From assembly GCA_023266935.1 (NCBI GenBank), contig JAHFOF010000002.1:68623-132622 (forward strand): DNA of 64,000 bases. The letters are read 5' to 3'. This stretch comes from a bacterium (GTDB taxonomy: Bacteria; Patescibacteriota; Minisyncoccia; Phycocordibacterales; Zambryskibacteraceae). Shown piece by piece: positions 51,242-60,540 of the stretch (position 1 is the first letter of the stretch; each line of letters begins with the position of its first letter). A program made the position numbers and the translations under genes. Below the pieces are notes generated by a model, which saw nothing but the letters and a program-made list of their open reading frames with translations, searched no databases and had not been told where the DNA came from.

Positions 51242-52303
51242 TTAAATCATTCGTTCCAAAGTTTTTGGATTATTTGAAAATAGAATCGCATTTTCTGCAG
51301 TAATCTCTCCTGCCCGAACGAGGGTAGCGAGAGAACGATTCAAATCTATCATCCCTTCTGCTGAACTGGTTTCTATGACCGAATCAATCTCGTGAGTTCT
51401 CTTTTCTCTGATGAGATTCCCCACCGCATTATTGTTGATGAGAAGTTCATAGGCAGGAATCAATCCTCCAGAAATTCTCGGGATGAGTCGCTGAGAAAAG
51501 ATTCCTAATAGTGAAGTAGAGAGTTGAATGCGTATCTGATCTTGTTGGTCTGCGGGGAATGAATCTATAATACGATTCACAGTTTGAGAAGCAGTATTGG
51601 TGTGGAGGGTAGAAAGGATAAGGTGCCCAGTTTCAGCTGCAGTTACCGCTGTGGCTATAGTATCTGGTTCTCGCATTTCTCCGATCATCACCACATCGGC
51701 ATCTTGTCTGAACACTCCCCAAAGTGCAGTGTGGAAATCCGGAGTATCTGTCTTCACTTCTCGTTGATCAATCAAAGATTTCTTCGGTTCAAAAATATAT
51801 TCGATTGGATCTTCGATGGTCACAACGTGTTCGAGGCGTTGTTGGTTTATGGCCTCAACCATTGTCGCGAGAGTGGTAGATTTCCCCTGCCCCGCTGGAC
51901 CCACTACTAGGAAAAACCCTTGTTGACGCATTGCGAATGATTCTAGAATCGGAGGAAGATTAAGTTCAGCGAAAGTTTTTATGCTTTGAGGAACTAAACG
52001 CAGAGCAATGGAGATTTTGCCGAGTTCGGTAAAGGCGTTGCCACGAAAACGATCTTTGACTTTGTGGCTATAAGCAAAGTTGACTTCTTTTTTCTCTTTT
52101 AATTCTTTTAAATTTTCTGGAGTCAAGAGAATGGAGAGGAATCCTTCCATATCTTCCTTCGAAGGAGAAGGAATCTTTAAAAGAGGAATAAGAAACCCAG
52201 CTACTCTAATAACCGCTGGACGACCTTCAGAAAGGTGCAGGTCAGAAGCTCCTTCTTTGTCTACTATATCGACGAGTGCATTTAAAATATCTTGAACTGC
52301 CAT
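51242..52303 (-). CDS. pilT: twitching-motility retraction ATPase PilT
   Basis: GPAGQGKSTT Walker A, Asp/His boxes, 353 aa (PilT size). Confidence 0.85.
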   Translation of the reverse strand: MAVQDILNALVDIVDKEGASDLHLSEGRPAVIRVAGFLIPLLKIPSPSKEDMEGFLSILLTPENLKELKEKKEVNFAYSHKVKDRFRGNAFTELGKISIALRLVPQSIKTFAELNLPPILESFAMRQQGFFLVVGPAGQGKSTTLATMVEAINQQRLEHVVTIEDPIEYIFEPKKSLIDQREVKTDTPDFHTALWGVFRQDADVVMIGEMREPDTIATAVTAAETGHLILSTLHTNTASQTVNRIIDSFPADQQDQIRIQLSTSLLGIFSQRLIPRISGGLIPAYELLINNNAVGNLIREKRTHEIDSVIETSSAEGMIDLNRSLATLVRAGEITAENAILFSNNPKTLERMI

Positions 52304-52318
52304 AAATTAATGTATCTA

Positions 52319-54037
52319 TTATAGCGTATTTACTTCTTCAATAGGAATAATCCTGTTGAAAGCTTTGATAATAGCGTCTTCTTTCATCGTCAACATACCT
52401 CTCGAACGAGCCACTTTAAGCAGAGCTTGTTCTGTAGGATCTTTGAGGATAACGGCTTCAACTTCCTTGTCCATCGCGAGCACTTCCATCACCGCCACAC
52501 GACCGATGGTACCATTTGGGAATTCTTTGGTCGGCTGAATTTGGTAAACTTCTTTTCCAAATTCAATTTTCTTTTTAAACTCATCGGGTAAATCAGCAAA
52601 ATTTTTCTCGAGCATGAGTTTCAAACTATCAACCACTGGGACAGGTTTACCTCCATCCTTTGGAAGAGTTCGAACCAAACGTTGAGCGATGGCCAAGATA
52701 AGAGTTGGGGCAATCAAGAATGGATCGACGCCCATGTCTATTAAACGAGGGATAACTCCCAATGCATTGTTGGTGTGAATAGTAGAAAGGACAAGGTGAC
52801 CGGTAAGAGCGGCTTGAACAGCGAGTTGGGCTGTTTCTTTGTCTCTAATCTCCCCAACCATGATGATGTCCGGATCTTGTCTAAGGGTGGTACGAAGACC
52901 TGTGGCAAAGGTATAGTCTATCTCTGGCTGAACTTGAGATTGAGAAACCCCTTTCATGTTGTATTCGATTGGGTCTTCAAGAGAAAGAACGTTTTTGTGA
53001 TCTTTATCTACTTCATTCAACATCGAATATAGAGTGGTAGATTTCCCTGAACCAGTTGGCCCCGAAATCAAAATTAATCCGAAAGGTCTTTTGATAGCTG
53101 AACGAATGAGAGAAAGATTTAGTTCTGAAAGGCCAATATCGTCCAAAGATTTCACTCCCTTGGCTTGATCCAAAATACGCATCACCACCTTTTCTCCATA
53201 GTATGTTGGGAAAGTAGAAACACGAAAATCTATTCTTCGATCATCAATTTTGGTTGAGAATCTTCCGTCCTGAGGTTTGCGTTTCTCGTCCAAACGCATG
53301 TTCGACATAATTTTTATACGAGCGACTACCGCCGAATGCACTTTGGTCGGAAGCACTATCGAAGTATTTAAAACACCATCTACACGGAAACGGACTCTGA
53401 TGTCATCTAACATCGGTTCGATGTGTATGTCCGAAGCGTTACCATCCGAAGCATAAGAAAGGATAGTGGCGACAATTTTTGTTACTGGAGCATCTTCAAC
53501 AATTTTTTGTTCGAGCTTCACACTGCCATCATCGGTTTTTTCCTTGGCTATAATGTTGTCTTTTTCTGAAAGCTCTGTTTCCAAATCAGAAAGGGCCTTG
53601 CTCACTTCTCCAGAAATACCTTTATAAGATTCTATAATTCTGTTGAAATCTTCTTCGGTGATAAGAAAAAGTTTATAAGGTAGTCCAATCCTCGAAGAAA
53701 TAAAATTCAACGCATCTTTGGCTTCTATATCATTTGGATCCACGATGCCCACTTCGAGCACTCCATCTTTTACTTGAATAGGTATGACTTTATAGTGTCT
53801 GGCGGATTCTTCTGGGATATATTGAAGGATTTTGCCTGGAATGGCTGTGCCTTTTAAATCTTTGGTGGGAATATCCAAACTAGAACCCTTGCTCTCTAAA
53901 ATAGCTTCTGGGGAAATTCCTCTAGAAACCAAAACTTGTTCAAGAGAAAGGCCAGAGCTTTCGGCTTCGGCGATAATATTTTTCGCATCAGCCGGTTTGA
54001 GGACTTTTTTCTCTACTAGAGTATCGAGGATGCTCAT
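52319..54037 (-). CDS. pilB: type IV pilus assembly ATPase PilB (GspE family)
   Basis: GPTGSGKSTTLYSML, N-terminal GSPII domains, 572 aa. Confidence 0.9.
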   Translation of the reverse strand: MSILDTLVEKKVLKPADAKNIIAEAESSGLSLEQVLVSRGISPEAILESKGSSLDIPTKDLKGTAIPGKILQYIPEESARHYKVIPIQVKDGVLEVGIVDPNDIEAKDALNFISSRIGLPYKLFLITEEDFNRIIESYKGISGEVSKALSDLETELSEKDNIIAKEKTDDGSVKLEQKIVEDAPVTKIVATILSYASDGNASDIHIEPMLDDIRVRFRVDGVLNTSIVLPTKVHSAVVARIKIMSNMRLDEKRKPQDGRFSTKIDDRRIDFRVSTFPTYYGEKVVMRILDQAKGVKSLDDIGLSELNLSLIRSAIKRPFGLILISGPTGSGKSTTLYSMLNEVDKDHKNVLSLEDPIEYNMKGVSQSQVQPEIDYTFATGLRTTLRQDPDIIMVGEIRDKETAQLAVQAALTGHLVLSTIHTNNALGVIPRLIDMGVDPFLIAPTLILAIAQRLVRTLPKDGGKPVPVVDSLKLMLEKNFADLPDEFKKKIEFGKEVYQIQPTKEFPNGTIGRVAVMEVLAMDKEVEAVILKDPTEQALLKVARSRGMLTMKEDAIIKAFNRIIPIEEVNTL

Positions 54038-54044
54038 AGTTTGT

Positions 54045-54335
54045 TTATTGGCCTATGATATCAAATGGATTTTGTCTGCCTGTGGGCTGTGTTGGTATAG
54101 CCGCGCTAAAATCCATGAGACCTCTGTATATTTGAGAGCTGAACAGACTCTGGTCGAGGGTGGCTGATTGTAAACTTTTATATAAAGCCACGACATCGTT
54201 GCCCACTCCCTCTGTGGCCAGACCTTGATTAATCGTTGTTTGAGTTGGTTTAAGGAAAAAATTGTAAGCCAGAATCGCGATGATAAAAATCACAATCGCG
54301 ATGATCAAACCTTTATTATTTTGGATAGCTTTCAT
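54045..54335 (-). CDS. small single-TM protein in the pilus operon (PilP-like?)
   Basis: 96 aa; TM; position between pilO and pilB. Confidence 0.35.
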   Translation of the reverse strand: MKAIQNNKGLIIAIVIFIIAILAYNFFLKPTQTTINQGLATEGVGNDVVALYKSLQSATLDQSLFSSQIYRGLMDFSAAIPTQPTGRQNPFDIIGQ

Positions 54336-54336
54336 A

Positions 54337-54879
54337 TTATTTTAACCAATAGGTCTTTATAGTAATTTGATATTCATAAAATCCATTGAGAGTTGATTGG
54401 AACGAAACAGCTTGGATATCTGTGATGCGGAGACTGCGTTCTATATCAGACATAAACTTGCGAAAATTTGGGTAAGTCGAAACAAAACTAAAAACAAAAG
54501 ATATAGAATCGTATGTTTTTGTAGAAGCTCCAACTACTATGGTCGAAGAGTTGTTCACATTTTCTTTAACCGTCTGAATACTTTTGAGCGAGATGCCATA
54601 TTTGCTGGCAATAGAATCAAGATTCATAGCCAAGCTGACCGTATCAACGTTGTCTGGGAGAACTTTAGAAAGATCGTCGATTCGTTGTTTGGGAATGTTT
54701 TGGTATTTGACTAAAAGTTCGTCGCGCTTGGCTTCGAGAGCAGAAACATTTTCTAGGATGTTTTGGTATTGAGTTTGAGAGTCTTTGAGTGCGCCGATTT
54801 TGTTGTATTGAGGCAAGATAAAAACATAAAGCAGTCCGGCAGAGATGAGTATTAGGATAAATGCAGTGGAGCCTTTCAT
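54337..54879 (-). CDS. pilO: PilO-like pilus assembly protein
   Basis: TM, coiled coil, then ferredoxin-like domain; conserved order after pilN. Confidence 0.55.
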   Translation of the reverse strand: MKGSTAFILILISAGLLYVFILPQYNKIGALKDSQTQYQNILENVSALEAKRDELLVKYQNIPKQRIDDLSKVLPDNVDTVSLAMNLDSIASKYGISLKSIQTVKENVNNSSTIVVGASTKTYDSISFVFSFVSTYPNFRKFMSDIERSLRITDIQAVSFQSTLNGFYEYQITIKTYWLK

Positions 54880-54880
54880 A

Positions 54881-55576
54881 TCATTGTTTTTTAGTTGAAG
54901 TAGCTGTTGAAGTTGAAACGATAGGGGTAGAAACGATAGAAGTTGAAGTCGAAGTTGAAACCACTGGAACCATTATCGCTGGGGTGCTCTCTAAGGATTT
55001 TTTATAGGACACTATGGACGGATCGAGTGTAGCAAAGAAGGCGAAGGTGACATTGCCTTTGTCATCCAAAATGAGGTTAGAGAAAAGTGGTGATTTGATG
55101 TATTTTGTTTTGTTAAAGATTTCTGCTTGGAGGGCGAGGGCCGAGTAACCACGAGCTTGACCTTCCATGATGAGAGAGAGTCCGTCTTTGGTTGTCGCAT
55201 ATTTGAAACTCGTCCAACGCAAAGATTTTAAAGTTGAACTTTCGAGGAAATCAAAGAACGGAGAAAGGATGGTGTGTTTGGATATTAATTCTTGGGTAGA
55301 GATAATGCGTGAATTTAAACGAGAAATTTGGTTTATGACATCTGGGTCAAGCGAAGCTCGAGCGGTAGTGAGGTCGCTCCCCATCTTCGCGATGTTTGAG
55401 GAGAGATAAAGGTTATAACCAAAGACAGCCAGAGCAGTCACTATGGCCAAAATGAAAATAACCGTAGCTAAAAAGCCGAAAAATCCTCGGCCTTTTTTCT
55501 TTTCGGCAAGACTGGCTACGCCCGAGGTCGTCACTGGGCCTTTAGGTATAAATGATGATTGAAATTTCGGATCCAT
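54881..55576 (-). CDS. pilN: PilN-like pilus assembly protein
   Basis: Cytoplasmic N-terminus, single TM, periplasmic domain, Ser/Thr tail. Confidence 0.55.
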   Translation of the reverse strand: MDPKFQSSFIPKGPVTTSGVASLAEKKKGRGFFGFLATVIFILAIVTALAVFGYNLYLSSNIAKMGSDLTTARASLDPDVINQISRLNSRIISTQELISKHTILSPFFDFLESSTLKSLRWTSFKYATTKDGLSLIMEGQARGYSALALQAEIFNKTKYIKSPLFSNLILDDKGNVTFAFFATLDPSIVSYKKSLESTPAIMVPVVSTSTSTSIVSTPIVSTSTATSTKKQ

Positions 55577-55656
55577 TAGGATTTCTCCTTATAATTATAT
55601 GCCAAGCCTGCAAATAAAACGAGGCGAGATGTGTTTATAACTCAAAGGTATCAAAC

Positions 55657-56769
55657 TTACTCTGATTCTTGGAGTTCCCTCAAAGCGATGCCGATAGCCA
55701 CAGCGAATTCAGGACCCGTTTCGTTCAAAACTTTCTCAAGGAATGCGGGAGTAGCTACTTTGCCGAACGGATTTCCAGCTACAGTCTCAGTATTAAAATT
55801 ATTTTTAGCCAAATCTGAGAGACCTTTCAGCGCCGCTCCCCCACCGACGAGGATAACTTTAGAAACTGTTTTATTAAATTTCTTTTCGAACGAAAGTAAG
55901 GCTCTGTTCGCTTCAGCGAAAATATAATCAAGGGTAAGCACGATCACATCGGTAAATTTTTGGTCTGTTCCTACGAGGCCCACAGACCTTTTCATCGTTT
56001 CGGCTTTATCCAAAGGGAGAGTGAGAGATTTAGAGAGGGTTTGGGTGATGTCTTGTGAACCGCGGTTCACCGTGTGCGAGGCTTTGATCACTCCCCTTTC
56101 AACAATATAAAGTTTGGTCGAAGCTGCACCGAAATCCATAATCATCACCGGAGCAAGGGCTTCGTCGAGTACAGCTCGCATCGTGCTGAATATTTCTATC
56201 TCAAAAAAGCTTGCATCGAGTCCTGCTCCGGTCACCACAGAGTTGTATCGAGCGATAGTGTCTTTATGGATGGCCACGATCATCACATCAATCTTGGGTA
56301 AAGTGGTTTGGGGTTGTTCGCCTTCTGGTTTGTCTTCCATCTTTACTTCTGTTTTGGGGATGACCGACCAATCGAGCATCACTTCAGAAATTGGTACGGG
56401 AATATATTTGCGAGCTTCGAGCGGAACCATGGTCTCGAGTTGTTTAGATGAAACTTGAGGAATCTCTATTACTGATAAGAGGGACGAAGCGAAAGGAATA
56501 GAAATCCCACATTTTTTGGTGGTGATGTTCACTTCTTTCTCTTTCATCAAATCTTTTAGAGCCGTGGCAATTTTGTCTGGGGGTAAAACGGTCGCTTGGC
56601 CAACAGTCGCTCCGGCGTATGGGCCCAGAGCCAATTCACCATAAGTTTCGAGGACGGCTTGACCGTTCTTTCTTTTTAACTGAACTATTTTTATGGCCGA
56701 AGAACCGATGTCTATGCCGAGGACAGAACCTTCTTCTTTCTTGGTAAAAAGATTAGAGAAAAATGACAT
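55657..56769 (-). CDS. pilM: type IV pilus assembly ATPase-like protein PilM
   Basis: Actin/FtsA-like fold (GIDIGSSAIKIV, MDFGAASTK). Confidence 0.8.
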   Translation of the reverse strand: MSFFSNLFTKKEEGSVLGIDIGSSAIKIVQLKRKNGQAVLETYGELALGPYAGATVGQATVLPPDKIATALKDLMKEKEVNITTKKCGISIPFASSLLSVIEIPQVSSKQLETMVPLEARKYIPVPISEVMLDWSVIPKTEVKMEDKPEGEQPQTTLPKIDVMIVAIHKDTIARYNSVVTGAGLDASFFEIEIFSTMRAVLDEALAPVMIMDFGAASTKLYIVERGVIKASHTVNRGSQDITQTLSKSLTLPLDKAETMKRSVGLVGTDQKFTDVIVLTLDYIFAEANRALLSFEKKFNKTVSKVILVGGGAALKGLSDLAKNNFNTETVAGNPFGKVATPAFLEKVLNETGPEFAVAIGIALRELQESE

Positions 56770-56789
56770 AATAGAATTATAACATTTCT

Positions 56790-57449
56790 ATGAACCTAAA
56801 AACATTCGGCGCGTATTGTTTGGATTTTATTTTTCCTAAAAGTGATACGATTTTCGAACTCGAATCGATGCCCATCGGTGAACTTTTGAAGAAACTGCCC
56901 CCGGCTCGAGAAATAGAAGATGAACGATTGGTCGTGTTGTTTGATTATAAAGACGAGAATGTTCGTTCGATGATTTGGGAGTTGAAATATAAAGGTAACA
57001 GAAAAATCGGCAGTCGGTTCGCTGAGATTCTCCTAGATATCCTTCGACACGAACTGGCTGAACGAGCCCTGTTTGAAAAATTTATTAATCCAATATTGAT
57101 CCCCATGCCCATCTCAAACCAACGCAGGAGAGAACGCGGGTGGAATCAGACAGAAATACTTTGTGAAGAAATGCTGAAACTTGAACCAGAAAACTTATTC
57201 ACTTATACACCTTCGTTACTTATTAAACTTGTCCATACTGACAGTCAGGCGCGCACTCATGCGACCAAACGCGAAAGATTGGAAAATTTAAATAATTCTA
57301 TGTCCGTGTGTGAGTCAGAAAAAATTCGTGGTCGATGTATTATCCTGTTGGATGATGTCACCACATCTGGTTCAACTTTCAAAGAAGCGAATCGTGCTTT
57401 AAAAGAAGTTGGAGCAAAAAAGATTTTATTCGTCGCCTTGGCGCATTAG
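56790..57449 (+). CDS. comFC: ComF family phosphoribosyltransferase-domain protein
   Basis: C-terminal PRTase motif ILLDDVTTSGST. Confidence 0.75.
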   Translation: MNLKTFGAYCLDFIFPKSDTIFELESMPIGELLKKLPPAREIEDERLVVLFDYKDENVRSMIWELKYKGNRKIGSRFAEILLDILRHELAERALFEKFINPILIPMPISNQRRRERGWNQTEILCEEMLKLEPENLFTYTPSLLIKLVHTDSQARTHATKRERLENLNNSMSVCESEKIRGRCIILLDDVTTSGSTFKEANRALKEVGAKKILFVALAH

Positions 57450-57484
57450 AAAAAAGGTCAAAAATGTGTTAATTTCATAGGATT

Positions 57485-57573
57485 GGAGACGTGTCAGAGT
57501 GGTCTAACGTACCTCTTTGCTAAAGAGGCAAGCCTCTTAAAGGGCTTCGAGGGTTCGAATCCCTCCGTCTCCG
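57485..57573 (+). tRNA. tRNA-Ser (GCU)
   Basis: GGAGACGTGTCAGAGTGGTCTAACG...CCTCT-TTGCTAA-AGAGG, long variable arm, GGTTCGAATCC. Confidence 0.85.
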
Positions 57574-57585
57574 CATTAAAACTAT

Positions 57586-58491
57586 ATGGATAAAGATAAA
57601 TTTGTAATATATTTTACTGGTGGCACAATGCGGGGAGTATTCGGAGTAGGAGTTGCCAAAGCATTTGAAAATAATAATCTTTATCCAAAAATAAGTGTTG
57701 TTTATGGCGCATCTGCTGGAGTGATGACCGGGGCATATTTTCTCGCAAAACAAACTGAGTTAGGGGCGTCTATCTACTGGGAAGATTTAAGAAAAAAATT
57801 TATATCCCGCAAAGATTTTTTCATTGGCGTGTGGCAACGTTTTCAAGACGAATTTATCAAGACTGTCCCACAAGATGAGTTGCATGACGCCCTAAATATT
57901 GAATATTTAATGAAGGTTGTAAAAGATGAAAAAAGTCTTGATACTCAAAAAATAATTTCACAGGAGATACCTTTAAATGTAAAACTTTTTGATTTAGATA
58001 CTCACGACATAAAATATATTGATGCACGTCGCCCCGATATTTTAGAAATACTCAGGGCCGGTGTTAATGCATTTCCTTATGTTCATGAAATTTCTATGAT
58101 TGACAACAAGAAATATATTGATGCCGCTATTATCGATATTGTCGGCTTTGATTACTTGAGACAAAAGCACCCTACCGAAAAAATAATTATTGTCATGAAC
58201 GGACAAATTGATAGGAAATTTCGTTATAGAGCTAAAAATATTCTTGAAGGGAAGTTTATGCAGTGGATGTTTGATGACCCCGCACTTTATAATTTATATG
58301 CTACTGCAGAAGATAAATTGGCAAAAGATATAGAAAAAATAAAATGTGATTCTAATTCTTTACTTATTACTCAAGACAAAGATGTTTTAGTTCGGTCACG
58401 AACAACAGATGCCAAATTACTTTTAGAGATGTATAATTTAGGTATTAAAGCAGGAAATCGAGCATTACAGAGTTCTTTTATGAACTCTTAA
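57586..58491 (+). CDS. patatin-like phospholipase
   Basis: GGTMRG oxyanion motif, GASAG nucleophile, downstream DGA-type Asp. Confidence 0.75.
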   Translation: MDKDKFVIYFTGGTMRGVFGVGVAKAFENNNLYPKISVVYGASAGVMTGAYFLAKQTELGASIYWEDLRKKFISRKDFFIGVWQRFQDEFIKTVPQDELHDALNIEYLMKVVKDEKSLDTQKIISQEIPLNVKLFDLDTHDIKYIDARRPDILEILRAGVNAFPYVHEISMIDNKKYIDAAIIDIVGFDYLRQKHPTEKIIIVMNGQIDRKFRYRAKNILEGKFMQWMFDDPALYNLYATAEDKLAKDIEKIKCDSNSLLITQDKDVLVRSRTTDAKLLLEMYNLGIKAGNRALQSSFMNS

Positions 58492-58580
58492 TGTCGCCAA
58501 AGAAAAACCTGAAATCGTCCATTCTCCTGCGCCTTAATTCATGGAAAGTGTTAGAATACAAAAATAGCTTTTAACACACC

Positions 58581-58997
58581 ATGCAGAACAATACATACAA
58601 CTGGTACAGCACTTTAATCAAGCCCACTTGGGCACCGCCCTCTTGGCTCTTTGGCCCAGTATGGTCGGTGCTTTATACCATCATCGCGGTGACCTATGGA
58701 GCGGTATTTTATAAAGCGTATACAGGGAAACTTTCATGGGTCGTCGCTCTGCCATTTGTCCTCAACCTCATCTTCAACTTCTCCTTCACCTATTTTCAAT
58801 TCGGGCTCAAAAACAACCTCCTCGCCTCCATCGACATCCTCCTCGTCCTCGGCACCCTCATCTGGGCGTTTACCCGAATTCACTTATTGGGAAGTGAAGG
58901 CGGGCTCCTGTGGATTATTTACGCCAACATCCCTTATCTCCTCTGGGTCTCTTTCGCAACGGTGTTGCAACTGACGATAACGTATTTGAATAAATAA
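58581..58997 (+). CDS. tspO: TspO/MBR tryptophan-rich sensory protein
   Basis: YSTLIKPTWAPPSWLFGPVWSVLY signature, 5 TM. Confidence 0.85.
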   Translation: MQNNTYNWYSTLIKPTWAPPSWLFGPVWSVLYTIIAVTYGAVFYKAYTGKLSWVVALPFVLNLIFNFSFTYFQFGLKNNLLASIDILLVLGTLIWAFTRIHLLGSEGGLLWIIYANIPYLLWVSFATVLQLTITYLNK

Positions 58998-59001
58998 ATT
59001 T

Positions 59002-59814
59002 ATGGCAAAACCCTATTATAAAAAAGATAATTTTAAACTATACCAAGCTGATTGTTTGGATATTCTAAAAGAAATACCAGAAAATTCTGTTGATATGGTC
59101 TTTGCTGATCCTCCATATTTACTTTCAAACGGAGGTTTTACCGTACACGCTGGAAAAATGGTAAGTGTAAATAAGGGAGAATGGGACAAAAGCAACGGTT
59201 TAAAAAAGGATTTTGAGTTTCATCTCGAGTGGATTCGAGCAGTTAGACGTGTTCTTAAACCCTCCGGCACACTTTGGATTAGTGGAACATACCATTCAAT
59301 CTATCAATGTGGTTTTGCACTTCAAGTTGCTGGATTCCACGTGCTCAATGATATTGCGTGGTTTAAACCAAATGCATCACCGAATTTAAGTTGTCGTTTT
59401 TTTACCGCAAGCCACGAAACCCTTGTTTGGGCGAGAAAAGACAAAAAAGCAAAACATATTTTCAATTACGATTTAATGAAAAATGGTACTTGGCCAGAAG
59501 ACGCATTGAAAAAGCCGGGGCTCCAAATGCGCTCGGTTTGGTCAATGGGAACACCAAAACCAATTGAAAAGAAATTTGGAAAGCATCCAACCCAAAAACC
59601 AGAAGATTTGCTAAAACGGGTTGTTCTTGCTAGTACTAATAAAGGGGATATCGTGCTGGATCCATTTACAGGTAGTTCTACCACTGGGATTGCTGCACAT
59701 TTATTCGGTAGAAAATTTATTGGTATTGATTTAGATAAGAAATTTTTAGATGTTTCAATAAAAAGATTTGAAGAATTAGATAAAAATATTAGAAATAAAA
59801 GAGCAAAAATATGA
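59002..59814 (+). CDS. DNA methyltransferase, beta class (N6-adenine or N4-cytosine)
   Basis: FADPPY (motif IV) precedes DPFTGSSTTG (motif I). Confidence 0.85.
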   Translation: MAKPYYKKDNFKLYQADCLDILKEIPENSVDMVFADPPYLLSNGGFTVHAGKMVSVNKGEWDKSNGLKKDFEFHLEWIRAVRRVLKPSGTLWISGTYHSIYQCGFALQVAGFHVLNDIAWFKPNASPNLSCRFFTASHETLVWARKDKKAKHIFNYDLMKNGTWPEDALKKPGLQMRSVWSMGTPKPIEKKFGKHPTQKPEDLLKRVVLASTNKGDIVLDPFTGSSTTGIAAHLFGRKFIGIDLDKKFLDVSIKRFEELDKNIRNKRAKI

Positions 59815-60332
59815 TAGAAAAAGGTAAAGGAGGAGGGAACACCATAACGGGTTTGAATTTTGAAAAGGAAACGGATATCCTGTCACTTCTTAAAAATCAA
59901 AAAGGATACAAAATAAAAGAAAATATTATTTTTTATGACGGAAAAGAAGTCGCAAGGAGCTATAAAAAGAATGGTTTGTATAAATTCTTAGAATCAAAAA
60001 AAGTAGATTATAAAAAAATAATTTCAAAAAAATTACTTCCAGATGAAGCTTTATATGTAATCGTGAACAACACTCTATTTGTTATTGAAGTTAAATTTCA
60101 AAAAGTCGCAGGCTCTGTTGATGAAAAGCTTCAAACATGCGATTTTAAAAGAAAACAATATGCCAAACTTATGGCCCCGCTCAATATTGAAGTTGAATAC
60201 ATTTATATATTAAGCGAATGGTTTAATCATCCAACATATAAAGATGTACGGGATTATATAATTTCAGTTGGATGTCAGTATTATTTTAAATATCTACCGC
60301 TTCAGAAGTTGGGATTACCCATTCCAAAATAA
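59811..60332 (+). CDS. putative type II restriction endonuclease (PD-(D/E)xK)
   Basis: PDEALYVIVNNTLFVIEVKFQK; translationally coupled 3' of the MTase; very AT-rich. Confidence 0.5.
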   Translation: MIEKGKGGGNTITGLNFEKETDILSLLKNQKGYKIKENIIFYDGKEVARSYKKNGLYKFLESKKVDYKKIISKKLLPDEALYVIVNNTLFVIEVKFQKVAGSVDEKLQTCDFKRKQYAKLMAPLNIEVEYIYILSEWFNHPTYKDVRDYIISVGCQYYFKYLPLQKLGLPIPK

Positions 60333-60336
60333 TAAA

Positions 60337-60540
60337 ATGTTAAGGCAAGGAGTTAAATCATCGGATCTGCTATCAGTAGGTTACCATTCTGGTACTTTGG
60401 AAATAGAGTTTAAAAATAATTCAATATATCAATATTTAGATGTTCCAGAATATATATATCATGAATTAGTAAACTCAGATTCTAAGGGGAAATATTTCAA
60501 TCAGAATATCAGAAATATTTTTAGATGTATGAAAATATGA
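60337..60540 (+). CDS. stand-alone KTSC-domain protein
   Basis: GTLEIEFKNNSIYQYLDVPEYIYHELVNSDSKGKYFNQNIR matches the KTSC consensus. Confidence 0.6.
   Translation: MLRQGVKSSDLLSVGYHSGTLEIEFKNNSIYQYLDVPEYIYHELVNSDSKGKYFNQNIRNIFRCMKI

Noticed and set aside
57520-57753. 77-aa minus-strand ORF overlapping tRNA-Ser(GCU) and the patatin gene start
   Set aside because: Overlaps a confident tRNA and a confident CDS on the opposite strand; Cys/Ile-rich nonsense.
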